The position numbers were made by a program, and so were the translations under genes. This document shows positions 43,582 through 53,237 of a stretch of 64,000 bases of DNA, piece after piece (position 1 is the stretch's first letter; every line of letters starts with the position of its first letter). The notes beneath the pieces were generated by a model. That model saw nothing but the letters and a program-made list of their open reading frames with translations. It had not been told where the DNA came from and did no database searches. This DNA comes from Candidatus Uhrbacteria bacterium (lineage in GTDB: Bacteria; Patescibacteriota; Patescibacteriia; UBA9934; UBA10169), in assembly GCA_016187485.1 (NCBI GenBank), contig JACPJO010000005.1, positions 226,385-290,384 on the forward strand, in the 5' to 3' direction.

Positions 43582-44582
43582 ATGGCAGCAAGAACAATTT
43601 TGTTGGCTTGGATGTACTCAACCGTTTTACGCAAACCATCTTCAAGCCGCATGAGCGGGATCCAGCCGAGCTCTTTCGCTTTGTGGATGTCCGGCAGCAC
43701 AAGCTCGCTCAAAAACGGTAGGGGTGGCTGCTCGACAATCTCCGAAGCCGATCCTAACATGTCCTTAATTTTTTGAGCAACATCCGACAGAAGAAGATCT
43801 TGGTCGGACCCAATGTTAATGGGGCCTTCCACTTTTGCCGCCCGCATAAGTCGGATAAGACCGTCCACCACATCCTCCACATACACAAGCGACGTACGGA
43901 ACTGTCGGCCGCCGAAAATCTCCAGCGGCTTGCTCTCGATGGCGTTCAGAATGAAGTCGGGAATCAAATGCCCGTCAAAGAGCGGCATGCGCGGACCATA
44001 CGTGCGGAAGATACGTGCAATGCGCGCATCAATGCCGTGCACCTGCCGATACGTTTCAAACATCGTTTCGGAAAATCGCCGTCCTTCGTCGTAGCACGCG
44101 CGGGGGGAAAGGTGGTCCACAATGCCTTTCGCCTCTTCAGGCAAAAACTCTGCCGTGTTGTCTTCCCTTTTGCCGTAGACGACGGAACTTGAGGCAAGTA
44201 AGATTTTTGCGCGATACTTCACGGCCATTTCCAGCGCATAGTAATTTCCAAGCGAGCTTGAGAGAAGTGTTTGGATCTTAAATTGGTCAAACTGTTTAAT
44301 GGAAGTGGGGCACGCCAAGTGGTAAATTTCCTGAATGCCGTCGTAGGGGATCCGAAACGCGGAAAGTTCGCGGAAACGCTCCAGATCAAACGGTTCGTTT
44401 ACGTCCAACCGCAAGAACTGAAAGTTCGGATGCTGAAGGAGAGGCTCAATGTTGCGCACATGGCTCGTGGCAAAATTATCCACGCATACCACTCGCATCC
44501 CCTGCCGCAAAAGCTCCTCGCACAAAAAGGAGCCGATAAATCCCGCCCCGCCCGTCACTACCGCTGTATGCATTTGACTCAT
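43578..44582 (-). CDS. NAD-dependent epimerase/dehydratase (UDP-glucuronate decarboxylase / UXS-like)
   Basis: VVTGGAGFIGSFLCEELLRQGMRVVCVDNF plus YxxxK; extended SDR. Confidence 0.75.
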   Translation of the reverse strand: MSQMHTAVVTGGAGFIGSFLCEELLRQGMRVVCVDNFATSHVRNIEPLLQHPNFQFLRLDVNEPFDLERFRELSAFRIPYDGIQEIYHLACPTSIKQFDQFKIQTLLSSSLGNYYALEMAVKYRAKILLASSSVVYGKREDNTAEFLPEEAKGIVDHLSPRACYDEGRRFSETMFETYRQVHGIDARIARIFRTYGPRMPLFDGHLIPDFILNAIESKPLEIFGGRQFRTSLVYVEDVVDGLIRLMRAAKVEGPINIGSDQDLLLSDVAQKIKDMLGSASEIVEQPPLPFLSELVLPDIHKAKELGWIPLMRLEDGLRKTVEYIQANKIVLAAM

Positions 44583-44597
44583 ATAGGCCCTAGTATA

Positions 44598-46601
44598 TCA
44601 GAATGTCCACGCACCTACGGTAACCCCCGTCCCGCTCACCTCGTTGGTCTTCCATCTTTCTTCGCTGTCCCCCTTATACATCACAAGCTCACGCGCCTGA
44701 TCGTCCGTCATTAAAAGGTCGTCCGTGCCGTTCCCGTCAATATCTCCCACCCCAACTTGTACAAGTTTAGCCACATCCACAAAGCGCGGTTTGCGCGTCC
44801 ACAAAAGCGTGCCTTGATAGGTAAAGGCCCGTGCCTCCATCACGCCGTCACGGCTTCCGACAACAATATCTTTCCGCCCGTTCCCGTCCACGTCGCCAAG
44901 CGCCAGCGTGACGCCTTTTGCATCCGTAGCATTAAAGACTTCGATGCGATTGAGTTCCGTGCCGTCTCCACGCAAGATAATCGCCTGGTTAAGCCCATTG
45001 GCCGACGTAAGCACGATTTCGTCACCGAGTTTCCCGTCCACATCCCCTACCGCCACATGCGCACCGCGAAGCGCGGGGTCCATCGGCAGGCGTTTCACCA
45101 GCTCACCCGTAAGCGAATAAATTTCCACTTGGCTTGCCGTAGGCTCAAAAGCGCTCACGACGAATTCCATCTGCCCGTCACCGCCGATATCGCCAACCGC
45201 AACGTCAAACCCGGAGCGGAAACCGGCAAACGCTTGAAACTGCCCGCGGAGCGCTCCATTCATCTCAAACCATCGTACATGCGCCGTTCCCTCGCTTGCC
45301 GGAACGACCACGATTTCCGCTTCTCCATCTTGGTCAATATCAGCAACAGTCACCGTCACGCCGCCCGTAAATGACTCATCATACACAAGGTAGCTCCCAA
45401 GATGCTCGCGTTCCGCATTGAAAACATTCACTTCGGGTCGCGCGCCGGGGCCTGCGGCAAAAACTACTGGCGAACGCGTGAGACCTCGCACGACAGGCGG
45501 CGCAAAGTGCGGAGCGATCTCAAATGCGCGAGCAATGTTCAGACGTCCTGCCCCCACTTTTGCCGCGTGAGGAGTTCCGGCCGTGCGCAGGGGATCCACA
45601 GAAAGTTGCAGTACAATTTTCACTTCTTCCGGCGTGAGCGAAGGAAAACGGGAGAGGAGAAGCGCAACGGCTCCCGTTACAACCGGCGCCGCTGTAGACG
45701 TGCCTTGCCAGTTGCCTCGATAATAGTCACGGAAAAATTGGTTAAGATCGTTTTGATAAATAGGGCCGAACATCTCAAGCCCCGGGGCGGCAATGTCCGT
45801 ACAGCGTTTGCCGTAATTCGAGAAATCCGCTTTCTCGTCAGTGCGCGTGGACGCCGCCACCCCGATGACCCAATCCTCGCCGGTGGAGCCAAAAAGACAC
45901 GCAGGGTAAATAGGATGGACATCGAGATCGGCTTTGCCGTTGCGCCCATCGTTCCCCACTGCTGCCACCACCACCACGCCATGATCGTACGCGCGCTTGA
46001 TCGTCTGTGAAAACGTATTGTCAATCCGGTCACCAGTGAAACTTAAATTGATTACCTCGGCACCGTTGGCCACCGCATAATTTACTGCGGCAATCGCCGC
46101 GTCTTCAGTTCCGGAACCGAGCGCATTCAAGATACGAAGCGGCATAATCTTCACCTGCCAGCTTATCCCCGTCACCCCCTCGGAATTGTCGCCCACTGCT
46201 CCGATAATGCCGGCCACAAGCGTTCCGTGATTGATCGCTGCCGGATCGAACGGTATCTGATCTGTTGGCGACGGGTTGTTGTCGTTTTCCACAAAATCCC
46301 ATCCGTCCACATCGTCTACGTAGCCGTTCAGATCGTTGTCTATACGGTCTCCGGGGATCTCGCGCGTGTTCTTCCAAAGATTCTCTGCAAAATCAGGATG
46401 GTTTAGATCTACGCCTGTATCAATCACCGCCACCACCACTTCACGGCTGCCCGTTGTCGTGTCCCACGCCGCTAGCGCTTGCACTTTCGGGAGAAACCAT
46501 TGGTTGCCAAAAAAGAAATCGTTGGGCGTGCGCGCCAAAACAGAGAACGGAACAAAAAAGACGGCAAGACCTACGACCAGTGCACGTTTCATCCTCCACA
46601 T
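44598..46601 (-). CDS. secreted subtilisin-like serine protease (S8) with C-terminal FG-GAP/VCBS repeats
   Basis: Signal peptide; catalytic triad motifs VAVIDTGVD, HGTLVAGIIGA, GTSTAAPVVTGAVALL; four or more FG-GAP repeats (VGDIGGDGQMEFVV, LGDVDGNGRKDIVV...). Confidence 0.75.
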   Translation of the reverse strand: MWRMKRALVVGLAVFFVPFSVLARTPNDFFFGNQWFLPKVQALAAWDTTTGSREVVVAVIDTGVDLNHPDFAENLWKNTREIPGDRIDNDLNGYVDDVDGWDFVENDNNPSPTDQIPFDPAAINHGTLVAGIIGAVGDNSEGVTGISWQVKIMPLRILNALGSGTEDAAIAAVNYAVANGAEVINLSFTGDRIDNTFSQTIKRAYDHGVVVVAAVGNDGRNGKADLDVHPIYPACLFGSTGEDWVIGVAASTRTDEKADFSNYGKRCTDIAAPGLEMFGPIYQNDLNQFFRDYYRGNWQGTSTAAPVVTGAVALLLSRFPSLTPEEVKIVLQLSVDPLRTAGTPHAAKVGAGRLNIARAFEIAPHFAPPVVRGLTRSPVVFAAGPGARPEVNVFNAEREHLGSYLVYDESFTGGVTVTVADIDQDGEAEIVVVPASEGTAHVRWFEMNGALRGQFQAFAGFRSGFDVAVGDIGGDGQMEFVVSAFEPTASQVEIYSLTGELVKRLPMDPALRGAHVAVGDVDGKLGDEIVLTSANGLNQAIILRGDGTELNRIEVFNATDAKGVTLALGDVDGNGRKDIVVGSRDGVMEARAFTYQGTLLWTRKPRFVDVAKLVQVGVGDIDGNGTDDLLMTDDQARELVMYKGDSEERWKTNEVSGTGVTVGAWTF

Positions 46602-46604
46602 ACT

Positions 46605-47300
46605 CTACGGCGTCGCCTCTTGGCGCTTTTCAATAGAAAGTTGGCGCATTTCCTCAATTAACTCATCGTAGTCCGTCGTACTACTTATCTGCTTGGCTAC
46701 TTCATAATGCGACTGCGCCCGCACATAATCCCCCCCCTCGCGATACCAGTGTCCGAGACGAACCACAAGCGAGAGGTCCTGCCCAAATTGCTCGACTGCC
46801 AGTTCAAGAATTTTTCCTACGCGGTCTTTGTGTTCTGGAATGGATTCGTTGATCAAGTCCACAAGACGGGTAACGGTAACAATCTGCGCGCTCTCCTCAA
46901 GCGCCTGCAACCACCGCGCCTCGGCGCCTGAAACGTCACCCATGTCCGCAAGCGTCTGTCCCAAGTTTTCCAGTGCCGCCGCGTCCTTAGGATTAATCGC
47001 AAGAATGGCATTGTATTCCTGCTTCGCCAATCCAAGTTCCCCCGTCTGGTAGTAGAGGTTCCCAAGCCGCAAAAGTTTCACTATATCCGGTTTTTCATCG
47101 GCCGCGATGGAGGCTTTAAGAGTCGCGATGCGCACATCGTATTCCGCCCGCATCTCTGGCGTAAGTCCTTTGTCAATGTAGGTTTTAAACTTCTCATCAG
47201 AACGGTTCGCAAGCTCAGGCCGGACAATGAAGATAAGGAGAAGAGCAACCCCTACAGCGGCAACCGCCGCTACAACGCCATGATAATGCCTGGTGGCCAT
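46605..47300 (-). CDS. TPR-repeat protein (membrane anchored)
   Basis: TM helix followed by three or more TPR-like repeats (LGNLYYQTGELGLAKQEYNAILAINPKDAAALENLG...). Start placed at the internal Met. Confidence 0.55.
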   Translation of the reverse strand: MATRHYHGVVAAVAAVGVALLLIFIVRPELANRSDEKFKTYIDKGLTPEMRAEYDVRIATLKASIAADEKPDIVKLLRLGNLYYQTGELGLAKQEYNAILAINPKDAAALENLGQTLADMGDVSGAEARWLQALEESAQIVTVTRLVDLINESIPEHKDRVGKILELAVEQFGQDLSLVVRLGHWYREGGDYVRAQSHYEVAKQISSTTDYDELIEEMRQLSIEKRQEATP

Positions 47301-47389
47301 AATGCCGATAGTATACGCAAGAAAGTAACGGATAGCAAAACCAAACTCCCCGGTCTCCCGGGGAGTTATGGTTCTTACTAAGCGAGTGC

Positions 47390-50300
47390 TTAGAAGATGA
47401 GCGATCCACCGGTGATGGGCAGGTTCTTCACCATGTCGCCATCGATACCGTTCGTGCCGCCCTGGTCGTTGGCGCCTGCTCCGATAGAGCCAGCGTCCAT
47501 ATCGCCAGAAGTGGCATTGGAATCGTTCCACACAATCGCATCGAAATCTGTCGTGAGGGCCGCATCGAGCGCAACCTCATCTGGGATGTCAATGCGCAGC
47601 GAGTCGTCGTTTACGGCGCTCGGAGAGTTCGTGTCCTGTACATCAAGTTTCAAGATGTACGTTGCGGTTGTTCCCGCCGCAATGTTCTCTTCTCCGACCG
47701 TTGTAGAACCGTCGAAGTTGATGTTGATGTAAGTCAAGTCTTCCCCGTTGCCGCAAGACGCACCTGCGCTATCCAAGAGACTTACGTCGGAGTCTTCCGC
47801 AAGGTCTGTCGCCAGATCTTCGGAATCATAGAGGTAGACGTCGCCCGCCTCCATGCTGGCCCCGCCGCTTGTACACTCGTTCCACACTCCGCTGCTTGCC
47901 GCCGTGGAGCTCATCTTGAAGGTGAGTTCTTCCACGTTGACGTCGCCACGAGAGTCGGCCGCAATGTTGAAGCGGAGCACTTCGATGATACCGGCAATGG
48001 CCGCGCCGGACGGAGAGCCGCTTGCGAGGCTGATCGTCGGTTTGGTCTTGCGGATTTCATGATCGTAAGCCGCGATGATTCCAGCGCCAGAGCCTGTAAA
48101 CGAGGCATCTACATCGCTGTCATCAATCGTTGTGCCAGATCCAGAACCGACGGCACGGAATTCGCCTTCCGTCGTGTCTTGGTTGGACATGTCAAGGTTG
48201 ACCAAGTCGCCAGACGCGCTGTTCGAGGAACTGACCTCGCCTGTGTTGATCTTCACTGTGAGCACGGCGTTGTCATCCTTCGGCACATAGAAGTCAAGGC
48301 CGTTGAACGTGTACGTGCTCGACGTAAGGAACCCAGAGGCCACCTTAGCTTCACCAGCCTGGTTGGCGTAATGGAGTTCCACGCTCGCCACTGCCGTATC
48401 GGAACCGCTCGTATTGTCAATCGTCAAGCGATCAACAACGAAGGCTTCGTTACTTGAGGTAAAGCGGAACTTCGAAGCGCTGAGACCCGTGCTGTTGCTA
48501 AGAAGGATCGTCGAGTTCGGACTTCCGCCGTCGCGAGCGATCGTGAGCGAACCAGCATTGGCAACCGTCTGGAAGATGGTCTGCGTCGTGTTGGCCGTAG
48601 AGCCATTGACCGCATTACCATCCTTGTCCACCGCCGTGATGTCTCCTGCCGCATCAACCTCGGCCGTGAGCGAGTCGTTCGTTGAACTTGTCGGCGTCAC
48701 GTTTGCCAAGTTACAGCGGAGCACCATCTTAAGCGACTGGCTCGCCGGCACCGTCCAGCTGAATCCGCTGAAGGTGATGTCGGAACCTGTGCCGCTCGTG
48801 AAGGCCGCTGGAGACTCTGGGCCGTCAATCAAGGCGCCTGTGGCTGCATCGTAAACAGAGCAGCTGTTTACGGTATTGCGCACGTTGACGTCCTTGTTGT
48901 CGTTCGTTGTGTGTTCCGCATCGTCATCTCCATACATCTTGAATGTCGTGGAGCTAACGGTGATAGAGGAAGCTGTTCCAGCCGAGAAGCTGAAGCCGAC
49001 CACATCAACGTTGCTTGTGCCCTTCACGTACGTGGAGGACGCAGGCGTGCTGGCCACCGTTACGGTGAGGCTGGCAAGACGAACCGTAAGCATGTTGCCT
49101 GTAAGGTCCGAGCCAGGAATGATGTCCGTTCCAACCGTAAGCGAGTCATTGTTGGTATCGCGGGCGGTTGTTTCAGAGACATCGAGCGTGGCGCGGATGG
49201 CGTCATTGGCAGAGATATCCGTGAACGTGGCGTTGTCCTGGACATCCACTTTGAGCTGGACCACCAGGGACTCACCGGCATTCATCGTAAAGTCATCCGT
49301 CAGGTTAACCGCAGCAACAGTGTCAGACGTAACCGTCATGTCATACGGACCGCTGATCGTGGCGCCTGTGGTCTTACTGACCAAGCGGGCGTTCTGATAG
49401 TTGTGCGTGGTAGAAGCCGTGCCGCAAGCACCCGTGCAGAAGTCTGCCGTTCCAGAGCCACCATCAAGGTCGAACTGGAGGTTGCGGATTTCCACAAGGT
49501 TCTGTGCCGTGAACGTTCCTTCCCAGATCACGACGCCATTCTGGTTCTCCCCAATGTCACCGGTCGAAGGACCGTTGAAAGCAAAAGTGAGTTGACCAGC
49601 CTGGATTTGCGAACAGTCGTAGCCAGCAGCATCAGTTGTACAGGTTGTAAACGCCGTGCCGAAGTTGTTCGTCACGCGCACACCGAACCCGTACTTAAGA
49701 CCGATGGCATAGACGTCCGTTGTTTCCTCAACGCGGACGCGAAGTCCGTCGCTGTTTTCCCCACCAACCTTTGCGTACACTTCGAATTCACGGTTATTGC
49801 CTTGCGCAACTTCGTAAGGCGTCGTGAGTTCAAAGAGAACGTAGTTCCCAGACTGGGCACCCGTGGCAAGCACGGAGTTGTTCTGGCGGAGTTCGTATTG
49901 CGAGTGATCCTTAGCCTCGTCTACTTCCAAGCGCAAGCGGTAAAGCTTGAACCCTTCTGTGGAGTTGGCTGTCAGGCGGAAGTTCGCAATTTTGGCGATC
50001 TCACCAACCTTGGGGTTGGAGATTGTTCCTGTGTCATCAACCGTCACAAGACCGACGTCTGTTGCAGACGTTGTCATGACGTTGCTTGCAACCGGGAACG
50101 AACCAGACACCGTGGCATTGGACGCAACTGCGGCCGCCGAAGCGATCTGGAATTGGATGGTATTACCACCATTGATACCGTTGGTCATGTCACCCACCAC
50201 CGTAATGGTACGGGTCTGACCGGCAGAGACTTTGAGCGACATACCACCGAAGATGGCCGTACGCGTCGTCGAGTTAATCGAGCGAGCGTTGGTCAGACGG

Positions 50301-51232
50301 TTGTTGCCCTCAAAGAGGTAGAGGGAGCTCAAGTCCGATGTCACTCCAAGTCCCGCCATCGTCACGGTGAGAGACGTAACCGTCGCATCGCCGCTGGCTG
50401 CGGAAAGATTGAAGCTCATGAAGCGAACCTGCGAAGCACCGTCCGCGATGGTAGCGGCGGCAGGCGTGTCAGACGACAAGCTTACCGAGAGACCACCAGC
50501 GGCTGGTGTCGAAGAACTCGCGATTTGTGCCGGATTCGAGAGAGCATTCTCTGCACCCGTCACTTCAGCTCCTGCGGGAACGGAGGCAAGCACATCGGAG
50601 CTCGGCGTGAGGAAGAAGCGATCCTGAATGCCATTGGCAGATTGACCCGCCGCTGACACCAAGCGCTTCTGGCCACCCCAAACCACATACTTGCTGGCAC
50701 CAGAGGACACATACATACCGTCATACGCTGCGGCGCTCATCAACGAGGAGCCGACAGAGTAATCAACAAAGAAGACTTCTGGAACGTCGTCAATAAACGT
50801 GTTCCATGCAGCACCGGCAAGACCCATAGCCACGGCCTCGGTTTCAATCCAGCGGATTGCTCCGTTTGGCGTAACGGCGTAGGTCTTGGGGTCGCTTTGA
50901 ATTTTCACCCAGCGTGAGCCCGGGCGATAGACAACATTGCCGGCAAGCGGGATCGCTGCCAGTTCGCTGTCAGAGAGCATTACAACTCCAGCAAAGCTCG
51001 TGTACCAAGAGTTGAATGTCTTCACGTTCGGGAAGGTGTAGCGCTGTCCATCGGCTGCATAATAGTAGACCGTGGAAAGAGAACCCTTTACCAATGAGCC
51101 GGGAGCAGCCGCGCTGGCCGTTTGCGGAACCGCAAAGGCAGCGATGCCCACCGTCCAAAGGATCGTGGCCGCCACGACAATCATCGTGAGCGCCTTCTTC
51201 CCAAAACGAAGGGAATTATCCATACGTAACAT
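47390..51232 (-). CDS. giant (1280 aa) secreted cell-surface protein, beta-rich with low-complexity Thr/Ser/Ala/Asp repeats (putative S-layer/adhesin-like)
   Basis: Signal peptide (TMIVVAATILWTVGIAAFAVPQTASA); N-terminal globular domain followed by about 1000 aa of T/S/A/G/D/N-rich beta-strand repeats; no enzymatic motifs. Confidence 0.55.
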   Translation of the reverse strand: MLRMDNSLRFGKKALTMIVVAATILWTVGIAAFAVPQTASAAAPGSLVKGSLSTVYYYAADGQRYTFPNVKTFNSWYTSFAGVVMLSDSELAAIPLAGNVVYRPGSRWVKIQSDPKTYAVTPNGAIRWIETEAVAMGLAGAAWNTFIDDVPEVFFVDYSVGSSLMSAAAYDGMYVSSGASKYVVWGGQKRLVSAAGQSANGIQDRFFLTPSSDVLASVPAGAEVTGAENALSNPAQIASSSTPAAGGLSVSLSSDTPAAATIADGASQVRFMSFNLSAASGDATVTSLTVTMAGLGVTSDLSSLYLFEGNNRLTNARSINSTTRTAIFGGMSLKVSAGQTRTITVVGDMTNGINGGNTIQFQIASAAAVASNATVSGSFPVASNVMTTSATDVGLVTVDDTGTISNPKVGEIAKIANFRLTANSTEGFKLYRLRLEVDEAKDHSQYELRQNNSVLATGAQSGNYVLFELTTPYEVAQGNNREFEVYAKVGGENSDGLRVRVEETTDVYAIGLKYGFGVRVTNNFGTAFTTCTTDAAGYDCSQIQAGQLTFAFNGPSTGDIGENQNGVVIWEGTFTAQNLVEIRNLQFDLDGGSGTADFCTGACGTASTTHNYQNARLVSKTTGATISGPYDMTVTSDTVAAVNLTDDFTMNAGESLVVQLKVDVQDNATFTDISANDAIRATLDVSETTARDTNNDSLTVGTDIIPGSDLTGNMLTVRLASLTVTVASTPASSTYVKGTSNVDVVGFSFSAGTASSITVSSTTFKMYGDDDAEHTTNDNKDVNVRNTVNSCSVYDAATGALIDGPESPAAFTSGTGSDITFSGFSWTVPASQSLKMVLRCNLANVTPTSSTNDSLTAEVDAAGDITAVDKDGNAVNGSTANTTQTIFQTVANAGSLTIARDGGSPNSTILLSNSTGLSASKFRFTSSNEAFVVDRLTIDNTSGSDTAVASVELHYANQAGEAKVASGFLTSSTYTFNGLDFYVPKDDNAVLTVKINTGEVSSSNSASGDLVNLDMSNQDTTEGEFRAVGSGSGTTIDDSDVDASFTGSGAGIIAAYDHEIRKTKPTISLASGSPSGAAIAGIIEVLRFNIAADSRGDVNVEELTFKMSSTAASSGVWNECTSGGASMEAGDVYLYDSEDLATDLAEDSDVSLLDSAGASCGNGEDLTYININFDGSTTVGEENIAAGTTATYILKLDVQDTNSPSAVNDDSLRIDIPDEVALDAALTTDFDAIVWNDSNATSGDMDAGSIGAGANDQGGTNGIDGDMVKNLPITGGSLIF

Positions 51233-51404
51233 TTGTGTATTAGAGACTTTTAGGTCGGAGTGTCCTGCGCCCGCCTTTTACGGGTCGACCTTTTATGCAG
51301 AGACACAGAGTTAACAAGAGGCCCTTGGCCGTTTGAACCGTTGGTTCAACAGACCTTCTCGCTCGTGAACGCTTGGCGCACACAAGCGGGAAGGGACGTC
51401 GAAA

Positions 51405-52505
51405 TTACTCGGCTGGGGGAAGCGGGAGGGGTTCTTCTTTCGGTTGTAGACTGATCTGAATTTCCAGCTGAACCAACAGGTCGTCCACGACGAGCATCGT
51501 GGTCTGCAGACGAGAAAGAGTCTCGAATGCCGACCGGAATCCACCCGCGACCAATTGATTCGTTGCTTTATCCAAATCCGGCTGTACGGAAACAAGCTGT
51601 GCACGGATTTTCGACACGAGTGCACGCGCGGAGGCCGCCAGTTCGCCATCCATTTGCCCACGATCCAACACCGCTTGAATTGTGCTCAACCGTGCTTTCA
51701 CTATCGCCACGCGCGCCTGCAAATCGTTCAGGTTGTTGCGGAAGACATTCTGCAGGTCGTCTTTACTCTCCCCCCCGGGAACCGTTTCTTGTTTCTCCAC
51801 CAGCGTCTCGACTGCCCGTTGTCCCACAGAAACGACATCTTGCTGGGCACCACGGACGTTTTCCAATACTTGTTCATCGGCACGCACGTCGCTTGCCGGT
51901 GCCACATCTTTGCGGATGGTCGCCGCATACGCATTCGTCTTCTCGCCCACAAGTTCAACAAGAGCCGCCGCTTCAGACGGATTGCTCTCTTTCACCGATG
52001 CCAAGTGGGAATTTACGGAGGCCATTTCTTTGCGGAATTGATCTACCGCGCTTTGCACGCGCACCTGTTTGCCCGAGCGTGTGGACGACTGGACATTCTT
52101 GATTTCCGCCAAACGACGGCCGGCAAATTCGAGCTGAAGCTTTGTGCGTTGTTCGACTGACGTTGTGAGGGTAAGGTGAACTTTTTCGGCAGCCATCTTA
52201 ATAGGATAAAGCGTGTCGCCGGGAACAGATTCGGACGAGGCATTAACCGCCACGACCCAGCCGCCAAGTGTGAGAACAATGGAAGAAACACCCACCGCCA
52301 GAGGGCGTGCGACAGACTCAGCAACAAAGCTCAATACAAACTGCCACACATGTTGCCCGCCATAAACAGGGCGCGCCACATCTTCAGCACCAAGAGAACG
52401 CAAAAGCGCCAAGCGGCCCCCCTCAAGCTTGGCGTCAGTCGTCGCACCAAACTCCTCGCGCGAGCGAAGAGAGCGGAGATTTATTTTGAAAAATTGAGAG
52501 TTCAT
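51405..52505 (-). CDS. putative membrane-anchored anti-sigma factor / coiled-coil protein
   Basis: Cytoplasmic N-terminus, a single TM helix (VWQFVLSFVAESVARPLAVGVSSIVLTLGGWVVAV), long extracytoplasmic coiled-coil region; 4-nt overlap with the upstream ECF sigma factor gene. Confidence 0.45.
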   Translation of the reverse strand: MNSQFFKINLRSLRSREEFGATTDAKLEGGRLALLRSLGAEDVARPVYGGQHVWQFVLSFVAESVARPLAVGVSSIVLTLGGWVVAVNASSESVPGDTLYPIKMAAEKVHLTLTTSVEQRTKLQLEFAGRRLAEIKNVQSSTRSGKQVRVQSAVDQFRKEMASVNSHLASVKESNPSEAAALVELVGEKTNAYAATIRKDVAPASDVRADEQVLENVRGAQQDVVSVGQRAVETLVEKQETVPGGESKDDLQNVFRNNLNDLQARVAIVKARLSTIQAVLDRGQMDGELAASARALVSKIRAQLVSVQPDLDKATNQLVAGGFRSAFETLSRLQTTMLVVDDLLVQLEIQISLQPKEEPLPLPPAE

Positions 52506-53047
52506 GGGTTTGACAGACGCTCCTCCAGCGTCCGGAGCGCGCGGTGTGTGAGCACGCGCACGTTGTTTTCTGTCTTCTGTAGATGATCGGCAACCTCGCT
52601 TACGGACAACCCGTCGAAGTAGCGGAGAAGAACAACGGCTTGCTGATCTTCTGGCAGGTCTTTCAACGCCCGCCGGACCACTTCCGCATCGGCAAGGTTC
52701 TCAATGTGTTTTGCCTCTACACCGGCATCGCTTGAAAATAACTCCCCCTCAAGATCTGCACTCACCGTCTCCTTTCGACCGCGTGAGCGATAAAAGTCTG
52801 AAATGCGGTTTCGCGCCACCGAGAACAGGAGTCCGCTGATACTATCCACCGGCGTAGCCGTCAGATAGTCCCAAACCTTGAGAAAGACGTCCGAGAGGAC
52901 ATCATCCGCATCGGACGGAGCCGGCAGGCGGAAGGTAAGGTATCTGCGCAGACGAGGCGCAAACTCCATGTAAAGCTCGCCATAGGCTTGCTTATCGCGG
53001 AACCGCAATATGCGGAAGAGCAGGAATTTTTCGCGCAAAGTCTGCAT
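52502..53047 (-). CDS. ECF-type RNA polymerase sigma-70 factor
   Basis: Region 2 (DVLSDVFLKVWDYL) and region 4 HTH (LPEDQQAVVLLRYFDGLSVSEVADHLQKTENNVRVLTHRALRTL). Confidence 0.8.
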   Translation of the reverse strand: MQTLREKFLLFRILRFRDKQAYGELYMEFAPRLRRYLTFRLPAPSDADDVLSDVFLKVWDYLTATPVDSISGLLFSVARNRISDFYRSRGRKETVSADLEGELFSSDAGVEAKHIENLADAEVVRRALKDLPEDQQAVVLLRYFDGLSVSEVADHLQKTENNVRVLTHRALRTLEERLSNP

Positions 53048-53136
53048 GTAGGATGACGCGCTTTTCGGCCCATGTGTTACATGGTGGCTAAAAATAGCAG
53101 AAAAGCTTTAAAAAATCAATATTTCAAACCCGGACC

Positions 53137-53166
53137 TTGACATTTACATCCTTTTTTGGCTACACT
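53137..53166 (+). promoter_or_regulatory. sigma70-like promoter (TTGACA-N18-TACACT) for the HTH gene
   Basis: ttgacatttacatccttttttggctacact. Confidence 0.35.
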
Positions 53167-53183
53167 AGCGTACACAAATCACC

Positions 53184-53228
53184 GTCTCTTAGTGATCACT
53201 TAGTTGTCACTAAGAGACAACTAAGTGA
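53184..53228 (+). promoter_or_regulatory. nested inverted-repeat operator array (A-B-A'-B': gtctcttagtga / tcacttagttg / tcactaagagac / caactaagtga)
   Basis: Four T(T/A)AGTGA-type half sites in alternating orientation, including the 10-bp palindrome agtgatcact; ends 10 nt before the ATG of the HTH gene. Confidence 0.5.
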
Positions 53229-53237
53229 GATTACCCT

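Noticed and set aside
48911-50656. 581-aa plus-strand ORF, with other plus-strand ORFs, inside the giant surface protein gene
   Set aside because: It is antisense to a long low-complexity coding region. Its translation is Arg/Gly/Val-rich with no motifs, whereas the minus frame has a signal peptide and a coherent 1280-aa product.
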